Source: Ramazzottius varieornatus (Eukaryota > Animalia > Tardigrada). Taken from it: a stretch of 64,000 nt of DNA. The stretch spans positions 252,679-316,678 of the forward strand of contig BDGG01000003.1 of the NCBI GenBank assembly GCA_001949185.1. Reading direction: 5' to 3'. The notes under the pieces are model-generated. The model was not told the DNA's origin. It made no database searches and was given only the letters and a program-made list of their open reading frames with translations. The translations under genes were made by a program, and so were the position numbers. Position 1 is the first letter of the stretch; each line of letters starts with the position of its first letter. Positions 62,924-64,000 of this stretch are shown here, in pieces.

Positions 62924-64000
62924 GGCTATTCCGCCGTCCATTATCATATCTGTGCCCTGCGTTGCAGTCCGTTGCGTGCTGCGTTGGTCACTGTAATGAG
63001 GAAACACTGGCCAGTCGGTCGGTGCAGCTGGAGACCATCACGAGAAGGATGGATTGACAGGCTGATTTACGCCCAAGGGGACAGCTCTGAAGTGGCCATC
63101 ATGACCGAAGGGAGGAACAGACCGAGCAGATAATGGCCATTAGTTATGGTATATGTCCAGTCTAGGAGTTTTGTACCCAGAAGGGCCAAAGAGAAAAGTG
63201 GCCTGCTGTATCTCATCTCCATTCGGAAGTTATTATCAGCAGCAGAAAGGGTACAGACACTGTTTGCCAAACAAGATAGCAACACGGCTATACTTGGCCG
63301 GCGAAAGTTGAGGAAACATTCGCAAGGCAAAGTGGCCATATCCTCCTCGTTGGGCTGGTATTGAGTGGACAATCGCTCTTTTCCGCACTTTCCTCGCGAC
63401 AACGTACAGTACTATCCTGATTTCATTTTGAAGTCTGATTGTTTCTTTTGTGTTGAATCCATCAGCGGGGAAAAAAACATGAGCTGACAATGGACGGTTG
63501 AACCGGTGAGATCGAAATCATTCGTTTGTACTGAAGTTGATATCTGGACCGGACAATTTGCTGCGGTTCTTCCAAAAGGCTTCTTGAGTTCGTTTGGATG
63601 ATATAGTCATCAAACCTGATTTCTGGATGTTGGGAGAATGCGGAGGCCTGGCCGATGGTGGAATTGAGCATATATTGTGTGGAATAAATACGGACTTTTC
63701 ATTTTGAATGTTGCTGTCTGTTTGCCTCTGATTGTGTGGCACACATTCTTCTGTCAAGAATGAATGATTTATTTAAATGGCTGTTTATTCTGGGAAGCAG
63801 CTGGCTGTATGTCTGCAACCTCGGTAAGTAAACCTACACAGAATTTTTGTCTACACTTGCCCTCAACTGTCCGTTTTACTCTTTGATCAAATTTGAACGC
63901 ATCCAGCTTTTGACACAACTATTAATCTTAAATTACAAAACAAAACGGAAAAGCACTTTAAATTTCAGTGGTGAGAATTTTGATTTCGGAACTTTACGTG

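Noticed and set aside
61100-64000. Short ORFs downstream of AlaRS
   Set aside because: No similarity to AlaRS editing/C-Ala domains or other families; treated as intergenic.

Overview
Gene-dense eukaryotic (metazoan invertebrate) genomic DNA with many short GT-AG introns; not prokaryotic. A compact genome carrying both P2X and a NIT-domain guanylate cyclase is compatible with a tardigrade-like animal, but this is inference only. About 14 intact spliced genes are recognisable: LPP/zyxin-family LIM protein (-), NIT-domain guanylate cyclase (-), ACSF2-like acyl-CoA synthetase (-), CHMP5 (+), RYBP/YAF2 (+), HCF (-), an orphan gene (+), SLC6 transporter (-), ALIX (-), MGRN1/RNF157 (+), GH18 chitinase (+), P2X receptor (-), aquaglyceroporin (+) and a C-terminally truncated alanyl-tRNA synthetase (+). 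A small decayed island at about 22.4-24.5 kb holds an HDAC1 fragment and a stop-interrupted Pro/Gln-Gly-His ORF. The most striking unexplained signal is a dispersed palindromic element, AAGTGGCGCAC-N25-GTGCGCCACTT. It occurs 11 times, always inside introns (six different genes), and its spacer length is nearly invariant while the spacer sequence has diverged. A second recurrent intronic stem (CCTGCATAC...GTATGCAGG) hides splice-site-like sequences. Multi-exon CDS coordinates are start-to-stop spans inferred by eye.
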